A DNA stretch of 64,000 bases, from positions 395,328 through 459,327 of the forward strand of contig NMRA01000292.1 in assembly GCA_002633005.1 (NCBI GenBank), written 5' to 3'. Made by a program: the position numbers and the translations under genes. The notes beneath the pieces are model-generated. The model saw only the letters and a list, made by a program, of their open reading frames with translations, was not told the origin of the DNA and ran no database searches. This document shows positions 12,546-25,587 of this stretch, in pieces. Each line of letters begins with the position of its first letter. The first letter of the stretch is position 1. Origin of the DNA: Phoronis australis. Its lineage: Eukaryota > Animalia > Phoronida.

Positions 12546-13919
12546 NGATATGGTGTTCTCCAAAAAGGCTGAAAACACCTCTGCGGCACGTGATATTGGG
12601 TACGTATGGTCGTGTTAGATTTCGTGGAAACTATCAAAGCTGTAACGTAGATAAAAAATTCTGTTCATGTTGCGAATATGTTATTCACAACTGATTCGTG
12701 GGTACAACGAGTCCTATTAATTTTTCATTTTAGTTAGATTGACAATCATTTCACAGATATGCGGGCAATGGAACTGTTCGCTTTTTGTCTTCATAGTGAA
12801 TATAAAACACGTTCGAATTCATTATTCATAGATGTTGTATATGGTGCTCAGCCACCGTGGCGACGGACCCGGGCATCCACATTGGGGAAGGGGGTATCCA
12901 ACCACAATGTATAATATTTTTGGAAATAGTGACTGAATTGCAGTTGAATTAAATAAAGAATCTAGTTTATGCTTCACTTTTTTTTACTTTTATTATAAAT
13001 AATACAGGCCCATAGTCAGTACGGGGGAGGGTTCGATCGAACCCACGACCCCGCTGAAAAGGTCCACCCCCAGCATATTCGTTAAAGATAGGGTTTAATT
13101 GGACAATAACAACAAAATTGTTGCTGGTGCTAACTACAATGATAACTAAGTTAGCAATAATTTTGAGTTCGCTTCTGATTCAAACAGCGTCACGTGGCGC
13201 CGGACCGAACTCGGCAAACTTCGCCCAAGTGCAGCTGTTTGTGTAGATGACAGGATTGTGCATACGATAAGAGGAGGCTTTATGTTATTCATAAACCAAG
13301 CGCGTAGTGGCTAAAACAAAGGGTAACAAGTGAGTCCAGAAGTTAATGTCTGTACCTAAGCATAAAAGTCTAGCCCAAAGACCTAAGTAAGCTTCATGTT
13401 AATGTAAATAACAACGAGAGAACTCCCAAAAAGTAGTGCCGAGTGAATGCCTTAAACTCGGCCAAGAAACAAAACAGCAGAAAAATTGAGATTTGTTTTT
13501 CTGCTATTTTTGGTTTAATTGCAACCATAGTACGGTAGAAGTATGGGAATTTTCAAATTTTGTATTGAAAGTGATCGTCAAATATGCAAATATGTTGTTC
13601 AACCAGTGTCCACTTTGATTGTTGATTGATGGATTGACATGCATGCGTGTACACCTTTGAACGTTTCTGTTCTTTTAAATTCAGTACATGCTGACAGTAA
13701 GTTCATTATAGGAGTCCTCCGTCGTGCTAAAAGCCAGACCTTCAACTACTGTGTTTTCTTGCACTGAGAATACACCGTTGAGCATTTTCACGTTATGATG
13801 GAAAGGTAGGCATAGACCTCAACTTTGGTCAACGAAAATCTTCTCTAGTCAATCATTTCAATGGTCCACAACCCTGCAGACTTCATACGAGCCACAAACT
13901 AGATGGAAGAGATTTCCAG

Positions 13920-15069
13920 GGTTCCATGTCACTATGACGAAGGTTCAATACTCCGAAGGTCCAGTACTCAAAATGCCCATTACTCCGAAGGCTCGTTATC
14001 TTCTAAAGATCACTACTTTGAATTTCCACTATTCCAAACCCTGGGCCCGGTCTTATTCTTTGTACTCAAAACGAACTGGAAATTATTTTTGGCAATTTCT
14101 CTGCTCTTTTTGTGCGAACTCAAGATAAGTGGTTATCAGATTGTACTCGAATAATTATAGTTCATGCATATGAGTTTCTAGTCCAAGTTTGCACTTAAAA
14201 ACCCTTATATGCGTGCTACAAACTCGAGTAAAAACTCGAAACTTCGAGTTTAAACTCAAACCTTTAGGTTTAATGTTGAATTTGTCAACTGCAAACTAGG
14301 ACTAATCAATCATCTACGTAAGTCATTATGTATTCGAGCATTGAGTAATGGACACTTATCTTGAGTTCGCACAAAAGTAGATTAAAAATGCCAAACATTA
14401 TTTCGAGTTCCATTTCGAGTAAAAAGATTCGAGACTGGGCCCAGAATTCCGACAGTTCACTACTTTGGTTGTGTGATCACGACTCATTCTCAAGCAGAGA
14501 CAACATCTGGGGCACGGCTGCGGCGACCAACGGCGGTTTCAAATTTAAGAAGACTAAATGGGACTCCCTGACTTCGTGAGGACTGGCAGGGACAGGGTGG
14601 CCTAGTAACTTCATTTAATTTCGACCAGGCTGTGTGCGTCGCGCTGCGATTCGATCTTGACATGGATTTGATGAATTGTGTCATGGCTGATAATTCATCA
14701 GTATTCCTACTTCATATCATTTTAAAATGCAAGTGCGTACTCATTTTAAGGCATGCGGGCAATTTCGCATGTGCATGAAATCTGACTAACGTTTCTGGTT
14801 GTGCTGGCCAGCTGGAGACGGTGGTCACTGTCTACATAAAACCTAAAGACAGTGTTTTAGTGCCCGGGCGTTGTTTTCGTTATAGGTGCATCTAATAGCC
14901 GAAACATCGTTTATTTTAGCATGTAAAAGTTTAAAAATTACATCTGAGTCTGAAAGTTTAGATATTTTGGAGCGGTGAATCTTCGGAGTGGTGAATCGTT
15001 GAAGTAGTGAACCTTCGGAGTAGTCAGTAAACCTTCCGAGTAGTAAACTTTCGAAATAGTGGGATGTCC
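13920..15069. mobile_element. Mutator-like (MULE) non-autonomous element with subterminal ~16-bp repeats
   Basis: 9-bp TSD gatttccag/catttccag (1 mismatch); GG...CC ends; ACTCCGAAGG-type arrays in inverted orientation at both ends. Confidence 0.7.
14044..14441 (+). mobile_element. Harbinger-like MITE family A, copy 1 (diverged)
   Basis: GGCCCGGTCT...AGACTGGGCC TIR, CWG flanks; homologous to 36905-37307 and 44450-44850. Confidence 0.85.
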
Positions 15070-15639
15070 CCATTTCCAGCGATGTAAGCAACTTAAGTAA
15101 CACGCTAAAATAAAACCAGATATCCTAGACTTCACATTTCCGTCTGAGTATGCAATGAGGTGTAATCACTCATTTAAGCATGGCCGATCTGAAACTTCGG
15201 CAGGAAATAACGCGAGAATGTTCTCTTTTTGGACCACATTACATCCTAATTAGTGTCCCGTTCGTTTCGAGCAACCGTCACAGCATCCTCGTATCTGGTA
15301 TTACAAATTCCGTCTCATCTCATGAACATGAGTCGTCATCATGTATACAGATTTCCCTTCCCCCTAATTAAGCTGCGTCAAAGGCATCACCGAAAACTCT
15401 ACAGTGTCGACGTTTGCAAAATACCAAGATCCACCGTTCTTGAAATTCGAACCACCCCCGCCCAATGCTGCCTACGGGCCTGAATAGGATATATGCATTT
15501 GAGTAGAGAGATAGGGGCGTCTAAAAAAAGTCGCCCCTACATCGACCAAACCTCTGCACTCTCCTGCCCCACCGCTAAAAATGTCTGTAAAGTATCTTTT
15601 TTTGCATGCAGAATGTTGCTCGACATTATGCAAATGGTT

Positions 15640-16550
15640 TCAAGCTGTTACCTGCCGTGTTGATCTAGCTCAACTCAGGTACTTGGGCGTTTCTGGCGAG
15701 GATAACCCACCACTATATTTGTCTGGTAGTATCTATTCTTCAAACCTGGGCTTACGGCGAATATTTTGCAACTGGTTTTATGTGGTTACCTCAGGGTTGA
15801 TCTACCTCAATTCATGTATTTGGGCATGTCTGGCGGGGCTAACCCACCGCTAGATTTGTCTGTTTCGACTCTTTATTTGTCTGATGGAGGCATCTTACTG
15901 TTTTGCCACATGCAATGATGCTGAAAATCGGGCGATTGGTTTCAAGCGGTTTCCTGGTGGGTTGATCTAGCTCAACTCAGGTACTTGGGCGTGTCTGGCG
16001 GGGCTAACCCACCACTAGATTTGTCTGGCAGTGTTTATTCGTGATACCTGGGCTTACGGTGAATATTTTGGAACTAGTTTTAGGCGGTTACCTCTTGGAT
16101 TGATCTAGCTCAATTTTTAACCCTTTTTGATAATCGTCTGGCAGGGCCACCCCACCACTGAAATTGTCTGGCATCTAACTGTTGTTCCATGTTCAGTGAT
16201 GCTGAACATCGTGCAATTGGTTTCAAACGGTTACCTGATGGGTTGATCTAGCTCAATTCTGGTATTTGGGCGTGTCTGGCGGGGGTAACCCACCACTAGA
16301 TTTGTCTGGCAGTGTTCATTCGTGATACCTGGGCTTACGGTGAATATTTTGCGACTGGTTTCAAGCGGTTACCTCTTGGATTGATCTAGCTCAATTTTTG
16401 TACCCTGTATATGTTCGTCTGGCGGGTACTCCCCACCACTGAAATTGTCTGGCAGTGACCAATTTTGATACAATGGATGACGTAGCAGGTATTGAAGGCA
16501 GTTTTAAGTGGTTACCAGAAAAGCTGATCTAGCTCAATTTTTTAGTGCAA
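15640..16550. repeat. Subterminal tandem modules of the Academ-like right TIR
   Basis: Recurring GGTTACC..GATCTAGCTCAA..GTCTGGCGGG..CCCACCACT..TTGTCTGGC units, with a higher-order period of about 300 bp. Confidence 0.85.
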
Positions 16551-17473
16551 TTCTCTTGGCTCCCCTGACCACACCCACCAGAGCGAGCCTGCCAGACGGC
16601 CATTTCCAAGCATCAGGATACCCATAGAGCACTGTGTCACCAAAGAAAATTGGTTACCTTTTCATGCCCAAAAAAGCTCTGGGATCCCGGTCTAATTAAG
16701 TTCGCCGCCGTACACGCGAATTTACTCCAACATGATAATGTACACCAACCGTAAAATACGGTCTCAGCCATTGAATACGGATTATCTCTACTTTCCCCCT
16801 ATTCAATGGGGGTATTCAGGGGCGGATCCAGGATTTTGAGTTGGGGGGCAGGGCGCAGGAATAATTACCGTTTTCTTAGTAAGTACGCTCAATCCAAGAA
16901 ACAATAAAAAGTAACGTAATCGACCGGACAACGGGCACAAATCTTGGTTCTTAAATTTAAGTCTACTGAACAAACACGTAGTGTTGACCTCTAATTGAAA
17001 TCATCTTAACGTTAGAATCATTTTTTTAATTTGAGTTCGTTCCTTGAATATTAAGACATTGTATTCTAAACGCTCGGATGGCTTGTACTATTCAATAACA
17101 TTCACTCCAACCATATTGACAAGATTGTGATTTCTGGCACACCGAAGGTTGCCACCCAGAGATTTTTGTTCATTTGCTTAACAAGTGCTATAATTACACT
17201 CTTGTAGGACAATTCGCCAACGCTTATTCATAAGCATTTGCTCACTCAGCGTGTACTCCAAGTCGGGAAAGCGGACAAACCCACTTTCGATGTGCGAACA
17301 TGCTAAAGTTTATGAAATGACACTTTCTATAAATGCCCGCTAAATAAATACTAATTGTTACCAGCAACTTCCATGAAAATTGTGTGTATGCGATTTCAAC
17401 ATGCACGTATTCTTAAAAATCAGACAGTTATTACTTTTGGGAGGTCTTGTATACAAAGTTTATGCCCCCATAC

Positions 17474-17618
17474 TTTTAAGTAGGTCCTCATTTTCTTCGT
17501 AGCAGACGACACCAACGTCTTTGTAATGTGAGTACCAATTGGTAAGTCCCTGACGGTGAAGCACTTCTCTGTCTTCTTTCCAAAAGTTGTCTCCATAGCC
17601 GGCAGCAAAGGAACAATC
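17474..17618 (-). CDS. Multi-SRCR receptor exon: end of SRCR5
   Basis: ttttag|GAT TGT...A|gtatgg; phase 0 to 1; DCSFAAGYGDNFWKEDREVLHRQGLTNWYSHYKDVGVVCYEENEDLLK. Confidence 0.88.
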
Positions 17619-18012
17619 CTAAAATCCAGAAAAGTTAGAAATTTGGTCTTATTCTCCACATAACTTTTTCTGGAAAATAATTAAACCTCTCTTGAACAAA
17701 AATGAAGGTCGCACATTCTAGATTTCGTCAATTTTCTTTGAAAACCGCCGCTTGCAAAAACTTCAAGCAAAGTCAGCACTTTTGAATAGCAGTGGTTTGT
17801 GACTGAGATTGTTCGCCCACTAGCCTTCGTGGTGGTGAAGAGCTTTCTACTCTCATTCAATTCAGATAACGAACAGAGCACCTACTCGTCATCAGCGAAA
17901 CCCATTATATATCGAGTGTCCCGTAAATATATGTGGTTTAAGTACCTTCACATCCAATGTAATGGCAGACCAATATTTTGTAAATAAAAAACGGAAATGC
18001 TGCTTTACTTAC

Positions 18013-18656
18013 TGCTAATCTAGTTTCGTTTCCTGTGCACGTTACATTCTTCAGCCACTGTGGAACTTTCACTCTATGGAACCATGTTCTACCGGGCGCT
18101 GAAATGCCCCCTGCAAACAGTTTTAGGCCGCTACTTTCCAGCTGTCTACATACCACACTTGCTTCTACGTCTGTCCACATCCCCGCATCAGCACTAACTG
18201 TGCCCCAAACTTTTTTGTAAGACATATACACAATACCGTATCTTTTATTTCCTTCCATGAGCTTTACTTTGAAGTCGTCGACGAACGTATTGTTGGAGTT
18301 ATAGCACACAACACCGACTTCAGAATCGCGATAACGACATTCTGGGTCTGGGTAATGCTCTCCCCATTGTTTGTCTGTGGGACAATCCAGCAAGTTTGTT
18401 TCGTTTCCAGTGCAGTTCACATGCTTTTTCCAAATTGGGAACCGTGAACCACCTTCGTAAAGTATTCCGAAAGCCAAAGGTATGCCTGCGTTGAACTTCT
18501 CATAGCCAATAGACGATGATAAAGTCTTGCACGTGACTAAAGCGTCCTCCTCCGTCCAATCAGGATCGCAAATCATTCCCGGTGAGTCGTAATAAATCAC
18601 AAGAACGTGACCCCAACTTTTAGTTTCTTGTTCAGTGATAATAGTAACACGAGTGT
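18013..18656 (-). CDS. Multi-SRCR receptor exon: all of SRCR4 and most of SRCR5
   Basis: ttttag|...GCA|gtaagt; phase 1 to 0; GMICDPDW..DALVTC..VNCTGNETNLLDC..VGVVC, then VKL..WGTVS..VVCRQL..VTCTGNETRLA. Confidence 0.95.
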
Positions 18657-20184
18657 CTAAAACGAAATAAGTTGACTTGCAAGTGAAATGTATCTCATCC
18701 TCATATTTTCAAGCCTAAACAAATCGATTAGTTGAAGTCTAGTTTGGTTACTTCAAAAATGGTGGTCATTTCGAACTTCAAAACTGGGTGAGTTGTTGTC
18801 CCTTATTTCAGGTTCCCAGTAACCAAAACAAAACAGTTTTCCTATAGGTTACCTCTAATTCGTTGGAACATGAAGCCTGAATTCGGTGTTAAGTATACGC
18901 AGGCCCCTCCTGCACGTATTTGGTTGGAGCATTCGGGCATTCACTGAATAGCGAGCTCGATCTTGGCAATTAAGTAAATGCAGGTAGGACACTGAGCCCG
19001 GTGAAATTTCTCCCGCCCCTCTTTCTCCCTTCCCCCCGTCCCTCAACATCTCCTCTGGGCATTCACTAAACAACAAGCTCCATCTTGCTAGTCCACAATA
19101 TGCAGGCAAGACACCGAACCTTACGGACTCTCTCGCTCTCTCTCTCTCACTTCCTCAGCATCTCCCTCTGTAAGGCGTGAGATTTCTATATCTGCTAGGT
19201 TTAGAGTTTCCATGTCTGCAGTTTCGAGATATCCGTCAGCATACCGTAAAGTCTTTCCCAGAGGCATCCCTAAGCACATTACATGTTTATTGTTTGTCAG
19301 AGAAATATATTGTGTTCGGACACCACCAAAAGGTACTCAACCAAAAGTACTTGAAATCTTAAGTAATTCCTACTATTCCGAGTAATACCTATGAAACCGT
19401 GACCACAAATAGTTCTTGAGTAAAACCTCGACCACACGTTGGCAAAATTCCTCAAGCATCCCAAGCTTGATACGTTGCGTATTTGAGCAAATAGTCATCT
19501 TATAATACACGTTCTCAGTCGTTATTCCCTGTAATCTAGAGCCTGTCATGAATGGATTTTGGAGATGATCGCCCAAGCCATGAAATAATCTATATTATTA
19601 TATACACATGAGGTTTAATGTGAACGCAAAAGCCGTGGGGAATATCATTAAGAATGTGCAGTAATTCTTCATTTGTTTAGCACACAATATGACCGACAAG
19701 TGAAATTCTATTTTATTAACTTTCTTCACAAAAACAAATAGCTTAAGAAAATTTTAGTTTATTGCTTGCCTAATACATACTGCGTTGATTTTTCAAACAA
19801 CATTTGATAAAGTTTCCACTTTTTGTAGTAAAGTAATCAGTCTTTGAAAAATACTAAATTTTATAATCATGTTTCTGTGAAATGAACTTTTGACTTAGAC
19901 GACTCACTGTAATAACATTGATCTCAACTTTCTACTTCCTCAGGTGAGAAGAGATTTTTGGACTCGTAAAGAACTGACACTTCCTTATTCTTTGAAACCA
20001 TTATCGGCACGTTAATTGTTATGCCGCGACAAAATCAGTTTGTAAATCCTAATCTTAAATAATAACGAGATATCAGCTCTTTCAAAGACCAGAAAACTCA
20101 TCTAAATTGATTAAGAAACAATTTGCCACCAATTTCACTACGGCAAGTGATTTACGTCAAACTTTGGAGCAGAAGCCGCTTTGG

Positions 20185-20884
20185 AGGAGAAAGTAACCCA
20201 TTCCACGAAATATTTTTCAGTTAATTACGGCTTCCCGGTGACAGTAGCTGAAGGGCTTCGAGTTACTGTAGAGGAAACTGCCTCTTGAGGCTTCTCGCTT
20301 CAAAAATGCACTCCTCGAGGGTGGCGATGGGGCACTGCCGGGAACCAACAGCAAGGGTGTGACACTGTTATTCAGGTGTTGTTTTGCAGGAACTTTCATC
20401 GCTTGCGTGAACATATCTCTTTCGTAACACGCCGACAGAAAATGCTTGCCACTCACTCGGTAATTCTCCACTGCTTTGTACTTTGCGTGGACGGGTAATA
20501 CTGCGTTCTTCACACTAACGAGCCAAGTACAGCGGAGAGTGTCATTCGTCGGAAAGCGATGCAATGGCATACCCAGAGTGCGCATGAGACGATAACGAGT
20601 ACATCCCCAGTAGGCAGCAACCATATGGCATGCTGACTGATAAGTAAAAAAACGCAAACGACGACCGAACGTATCACAACCAAAGTAAAATAATGACTGA
20701 CTCGACAGCTCACACAGTCAGATTATACGAAAACAAAATGGCGAGAAATTTTAAACGTCACTTCCAGAATAGGGCATGAGTGATTAATAAAATTATGAGA
20801 AGCCTTAATTAACTGAAAATATGTCTGCGGTAATCAAGGAACGCTATTTTTACTAAAATGACATGAAAAATGTTGTTTTCTCCT
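20185..20884 (-). mobile_element. Kolobok deletion derivative retaining THAP (same family as 24151-25587)
   Basis: AGGAGAAAGTAACC...GTTGTTTTCTCCT ends with degraded TSD; ORF 20217-20657 LHRFP..LR..W..RVSGKHF; alignable by eye to 25090-25587. Confidence 0.7.
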
Positions 20885-20981
20885 TCAAGTACGGAAATGT
20901 GGCCGGTGACCTGTTTACATGCAATAAATACGAATTGTCATCAAATGTCAGAACAGCGTAACTAAGAGTTTTTATACTTAC

Positions 20982-21210
20982 CATATGATTTTGTCACATC
21001 GTAACAAATTGCTCCTGCGGTGCTTTTACCTTCTTCGTCTCCGTGCACTGGGCAGTCATTTGTCACTGTGTGAGGGCACTCCCAAAGAGATGATTCTGTA
21101 CCTTTGCATTGAAAGTTCGACATTCCAAAATGAGCGCCCCAGCTATCCGTATGAAAAGTTCCGCGCCTGAAAGCCATTCCCCCGTTGAATCCCATACTTT
21201 TGCAAGCAAC
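20982..21210 (-). CDS. Multi-SRCR receptor exon: SRCR3 second half
   Basis: acgtag|GTT...G|gtaagt; phase 0 to 1; VACKSMGFNGG...FQCKGTESSLWECPH...AGAICYD. Confidence 0.92.
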
Positions 21211-22024
21211 CTACGTGTCATAAAAACCGCATAAATTAAGCACTAAAGAAGGAAACGTAAACCGAATTTTACCCCGAAGTTCATTAACTGACAATTATAT
21301 CTATTATGGTGGTGAATTTTTGAAAAATTGGTTTGTCTTGTGAGCTTTTATCCAACAGTATACGCTAAAAGAATAAGGCCTAACAAAAACGAGAATCAAA
21401 AATACATGGTCTGGATGAGTTGGCCAACCCCTTCAAAACGTTTTATCATAGTGCGTATAGGTTTTAGACGTTCTCATTTTTGTTTTTAAGTAACCTGATT
21501 TGCTTTAGGTTGTTAGTGAAAAGAATTCACTCCCTTCAATAGAACTACTCAAACAATAACAAAAACATCACTTTTAATGGATTGCACAGGTAAATACGAG
21601 AAATAGTTGTTGAAATATATAAAAAATACGATTAAAGAAACATGGGCATAAAAGGATTTTTTTGGTGCTTTGGGGTTGAAAACGTTAGTACTCCCGTTAG
21701 CTAAAAGTCCCGTCCGGACTTGGACGACACAAGTTTCTCCCGGTTCTTGTCCCCAGCGCGAAACCCTCTGCCACCCATTTCGCCGCTGCCACTATTTGCG
21801 TTCCATCCCAAGTGTTCACATTTCGACCATCAACTTCATGGCTACAATGCGCTTCGACATTTATTTTCTGGTCGTTGCAAGGTCAAATTGATACGTGAAA
21901 ATGGTAGTGATAGTTTGGGCAAATCGTGACAATTTGGGCATACAGCGCTAACCCAAATTGTCACAATTTTTAAGTTGTGACAATCTGGGAAGATGATGTG
22001 ACGATTTGCACAGGGATGTCTTAA

Positions 22025-23665
22025 AAGGGGACTGTAGTCAAAATAATGTTGCAGTTAATCGGTTCTAACATACAAATAAAACTCACATTTGCCTGACTTG
22101 CGTGCCAAACAAAAGCCAATTCGTATTCATGGTCAAAACACTGAATTCTGAAAGCCATCGCTGATTGGCTGATGTGTCAGTGACGTGAACGGCGGGGTAT
22201 CGGCTGCTTTGCACATTCATTGCTTATGTCATATTTGAAGAGTTTACATCGTAATTTATCATTGTATCAATCGTCCTTATTTTTTTATTGTTTGCCACAG
22301 TGCTGTAAAAGGTTCGCTATGCCTTTTTGTATGGCACCTGGTTGCTCAAACTCTTCGAAAAAGGCGTCTTCTAAAGGGATGGTCATCGCATACCATCGCC
22401 GGGTTACCCAAGCCTTGGCCCAAAGCTCAGTGTATACTAGATATAGGCCTACAGGTTTAAGCCGATATGGGTAAAAAATGTGCAAATAAAATGTGACTCA
22501 AATAAATGTCATTAAAACTAAGTCATCCTTGAGTAAACCTAGGAAACAGGTTCCTAGAGTAAACTAACTTCTGTATTTACCGGTGTTGGAAATGTTAGCG
22601 ATCGTTCATCGGCTTGTGCTAGTAAAATTGTGATGTGTTTTCTTGAGTCGGCTTTTTGCGATTACGTCACCTGACCTTTACCAGTTTCTTTTCCCCCTGA
22701 TTCTTTTATCATGTGTTCGTCGCTGACGGTACCTAGATTGCGTACATGTTATAACAAATTATCGGAGCTTGTTTCATTTTGTTTCAAGTTTTTAGTATTT
22801 TTACACCAGCAAACCGAATTTTAGAACAACCTTGGTGCTGCGAAGCTGTTATGATGTCCCGAAAGACGTCTCAAATTTTTATGAAATGGCGCGTGCGCCG
22901 TGTCACGAGCGTGCTGTTCTTGAAACGGACAACACACTTCTTTGTTAAAAAGGCGGCAAATTATGCTACCAAAGGACGTTTATTTGATTGTTTTCCACTT
23001 AAACGGCTGCAACGAACAATGGAAGTGTCGGGTGACTATATCAGATTTTGCATGCGCCCCCGCCGGTCCGTTAGCTTTATATGTTGATGTAGCCTAAGTT
23101 TTACGACGAGGTGACGAGCATAACTGAGTCAACTATACCCGGGTAGTCAACGGCTGTCTGAAATTTCGGGGTTAACGGAGCTCAACACACAGTGGTACGA
23201 TAGTCTTCATACAGGTACAGTCGGTAACTTACCAACCCTTCAAGTTTACAGAGCTGCCGGAGTATTGGCTGACAACTGGCTGACTGGATGGCTAGAGTCC
23301 ACATTGCCCTCGGCACAGTCACTGACACCAGTTACACCGGCAAATTTTCGTCTGACGATGACGATGACTAGGTATCATTTTGTGTTGCCTCGGCTCAAAC
23401 AGGTATCCCTTGTGACCCGAAATTTCACACTAAAATTTCTTATTCCGACAATACAAAAAACGCTACTTGATTGCACGCTAACACAGGACAGTGACTTTGC
23501 CCCCGCCAAATACGTCACGAGACTAAGCAGCGCTCCAAGCCGGTAATTTTTTGAGCTTCGTTAGAGAACATAAGTTTAATTTTTGGTGTTGAATTATTTG
23601 TGAAATTAATCAACAATTCATAGAAAACTATCCAGAATTTATTCAGGATAAAATACAGTTCCCTT
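22025..23665 (+). mobile_element. Kolobok-type non-autonomous element with a THAP start
   Basis: TTAA|AAGGGGACTGTA...TACAGTTCCCTT|TTAA; MPFCMAPGCSNSSK...YHR at 22319. Confidence 0.8.
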
Positions 23666-23761
23666 TTAAGTGCTGCTCTCGCCCACCTTTCTACGTTTAT
23701 CGTTAGAAAGAGTTATAAAGATGTATCATTTAACGAAAGACAACAATTCTCAGCTACTTAC

Positions 23762-23877
23762 TTTAGCATCGCTGTCGTCCCATCCGTCATCACATATTTC
23801 TTTTGACCAATGAAGGGGATTGCCTGGTAACCAATAGTTAACACGGCCATAATTGAACCCGCTCCTCAAGAAAACAG
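23762..23877 (-). CDS. Multi-SRCR receptor exon: SRCR3 first half
   Basis: ttgcag|...|gtaagt; phase 1 to 0; VFLRSGFNYGRVNYWLPGNPLHWSKEICDDGWDDSDAK; not in the ORF track, read by hand. Confidence 0.9.
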
Positions 23878-24150
23878 CTGCAACAAAACGCTTGTTATAA
23901 CATTAGAATATAACAGAGTCTTGTTATATCAAGAGTAATGTTTCTGGTCTGAGCTACAGGAACCAAATATCCTGGTTTCTAAGTTAAAACGGTCGTATCT
24001 TGAATTTTTATAGACAGACAATTTACCAATGCGGTGGCGGTTCATGTAGGTGGTTACTCACCATTCAATTTGAAAACAAATATGGTCGTTCTTAAAAAAA
24101 TTGCTGTGCCGCACTCATACACTGTAGTAAAGGGCCTACCGCCATCTTAA

Positions 24151-25587
24151 AGGAGAAGCAACCTTTTTCACATCTTTTTAGTAAAAATACGGTTCATTGA
24201 TTATCCCAAAATATGTTTCAGTTAACTACTGCTTCCCGTAATTTTATTAATTAGTCGTATCCTACTCCGGACGTGATGTTTAAGGGGTTAAAAATTTCCT
24301 GCCATTTTGTTTCTGCGTTCGAGTTCACTGTGAGGATCTTTTCTACAGTTGCTTTCGTCCTGGTTTCCTAACTTTGTCGTCCCCACTTCCCATCTACGAG
24401 TATTCTACGACAAGCTAGGTTGTTAGAGATCTCAATTACGTTGGATTTAGGGATTGTTTAGTTTGTAGTAGCCTAATAATGGCTAGAGTCAGCGACCCAT
24501 ATCACAGGCACAGTGACGTAGTGACGAGGAAGTTTTTTCGCGAACAGTCAGTGGGTGGATATATGTTTGAGCCCAAGTTTAGTGAGGCAGAATACGCACA
24601 GACAGCTGTTGAGGGGTATGAGGCAGAGGCCGAGGACAGACGTGGTGGGACGTCTTGGTCCAAATGCACGGTGCGCACTGTTATGCCAACCTCAATGGAA
24701 TGCCAATGCTCTTCCCACTGGATCGTGACTTGAGCCTCCAAACCGCTTACATCCCGTCGTGTGACTCCCTCGCCACACATCTGGCACCTTCTAAATAGCT
24801 CCAATAATGTAGTCATATGCAAAATAAACTTATCAAAGTTTGGCTCACCAGCCTTTTCACTGGACGACGAACTGTCCTCCTCACTGGGTGTCGAACTGGG
24901 CCTGAATTCACTCCCGCTACTCGACGTACCTGCAGGGATGCTTACAGGCTCCGGGATTCAGACAACACCACCACGGGGCGAATCACTGCTAGTTCCCGGC
25001 ATTGCATGCTCTGTGGTATGTTTGGAGGTACAGTTGACATTATATAAAGGGGCCCCCATCAATGTAGAGGCCACAACTTGGTTCGAAAATGCACTCCTCG
25101 GGTGTGGCGACGGGGCACTGCCGGATATCAACAATGTTGTTTTGCACGAACCTTCATCGATCCAGCGTACACATTTCTTTTGTAATCCTGCGGCAAAAAA
25201 TGCTTGTCACACACTCGTTAATTTTCCGTTGCGTGGACTGTGTTCTTCACATGAACGATCTAAGTACGGCAAATAGCGATGTAATGTCATGTGTAAGTGT
25301 GCGTGATACAATAATGAGTAGATCCTGGTATGCAGCAACCGTGCGGACTGACTCGTAATCAAACGCAAACGACGAGTGGATTTATCACAAACGAGGTAAA
25401 ACAATGACTGACTCTACAGCTCGCATAGCCAGAACATATGAAGACAATACGGCAGGAAAATCTTAGCCTCCTAAACATCACTTACGGAGTAAGGCACGAC
25501 TAATTAATAATGTTAACTGAAAATGCGTCTGGGATAATCCACAAACCGTATTTTTACTAACATGACATGAAAAAGGTTGCCTTTTTC
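24151..25587. mobile_element. Internally deleted Kolobok with convergent KolX-like (+) and THAP/transposase (-) remnants
   Basis: TTAA flanks; long imperfect TIRs starting AGGAGAAGCAACC; + strand YMFEP...RRGGTSWSKC...MPTSMECQC; - strand THAP (RVCDKHF) and LLELFRRCQMCG. Confidence 0.8.

Larger units (their letters stand above)
11540..16694. mobile_element. Academ-like non-autonomous element with long TIRs
   Basis: TAGACCGGGATCCC...GGGATCCCGGTCTA; near-identical inverted repeat of at least 290 bp (left copy runs into the N gap); 4-bp TSD ATTA on both sides. Confidence 0.8.

Noticed and set aside
11761-12694. Five long ORFs of 266-299 aa in the ORF track
   Set aside because: They are open only because they span the N gap.
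15640-16550. Regularly spaced GATCTAGCTCAA repeats resembling a CRISPR array
   Set aside because: The spacers are homologous to each other, there are no cas genes, the context is eukaryotic, and the repeats lie in a transposon TIR.
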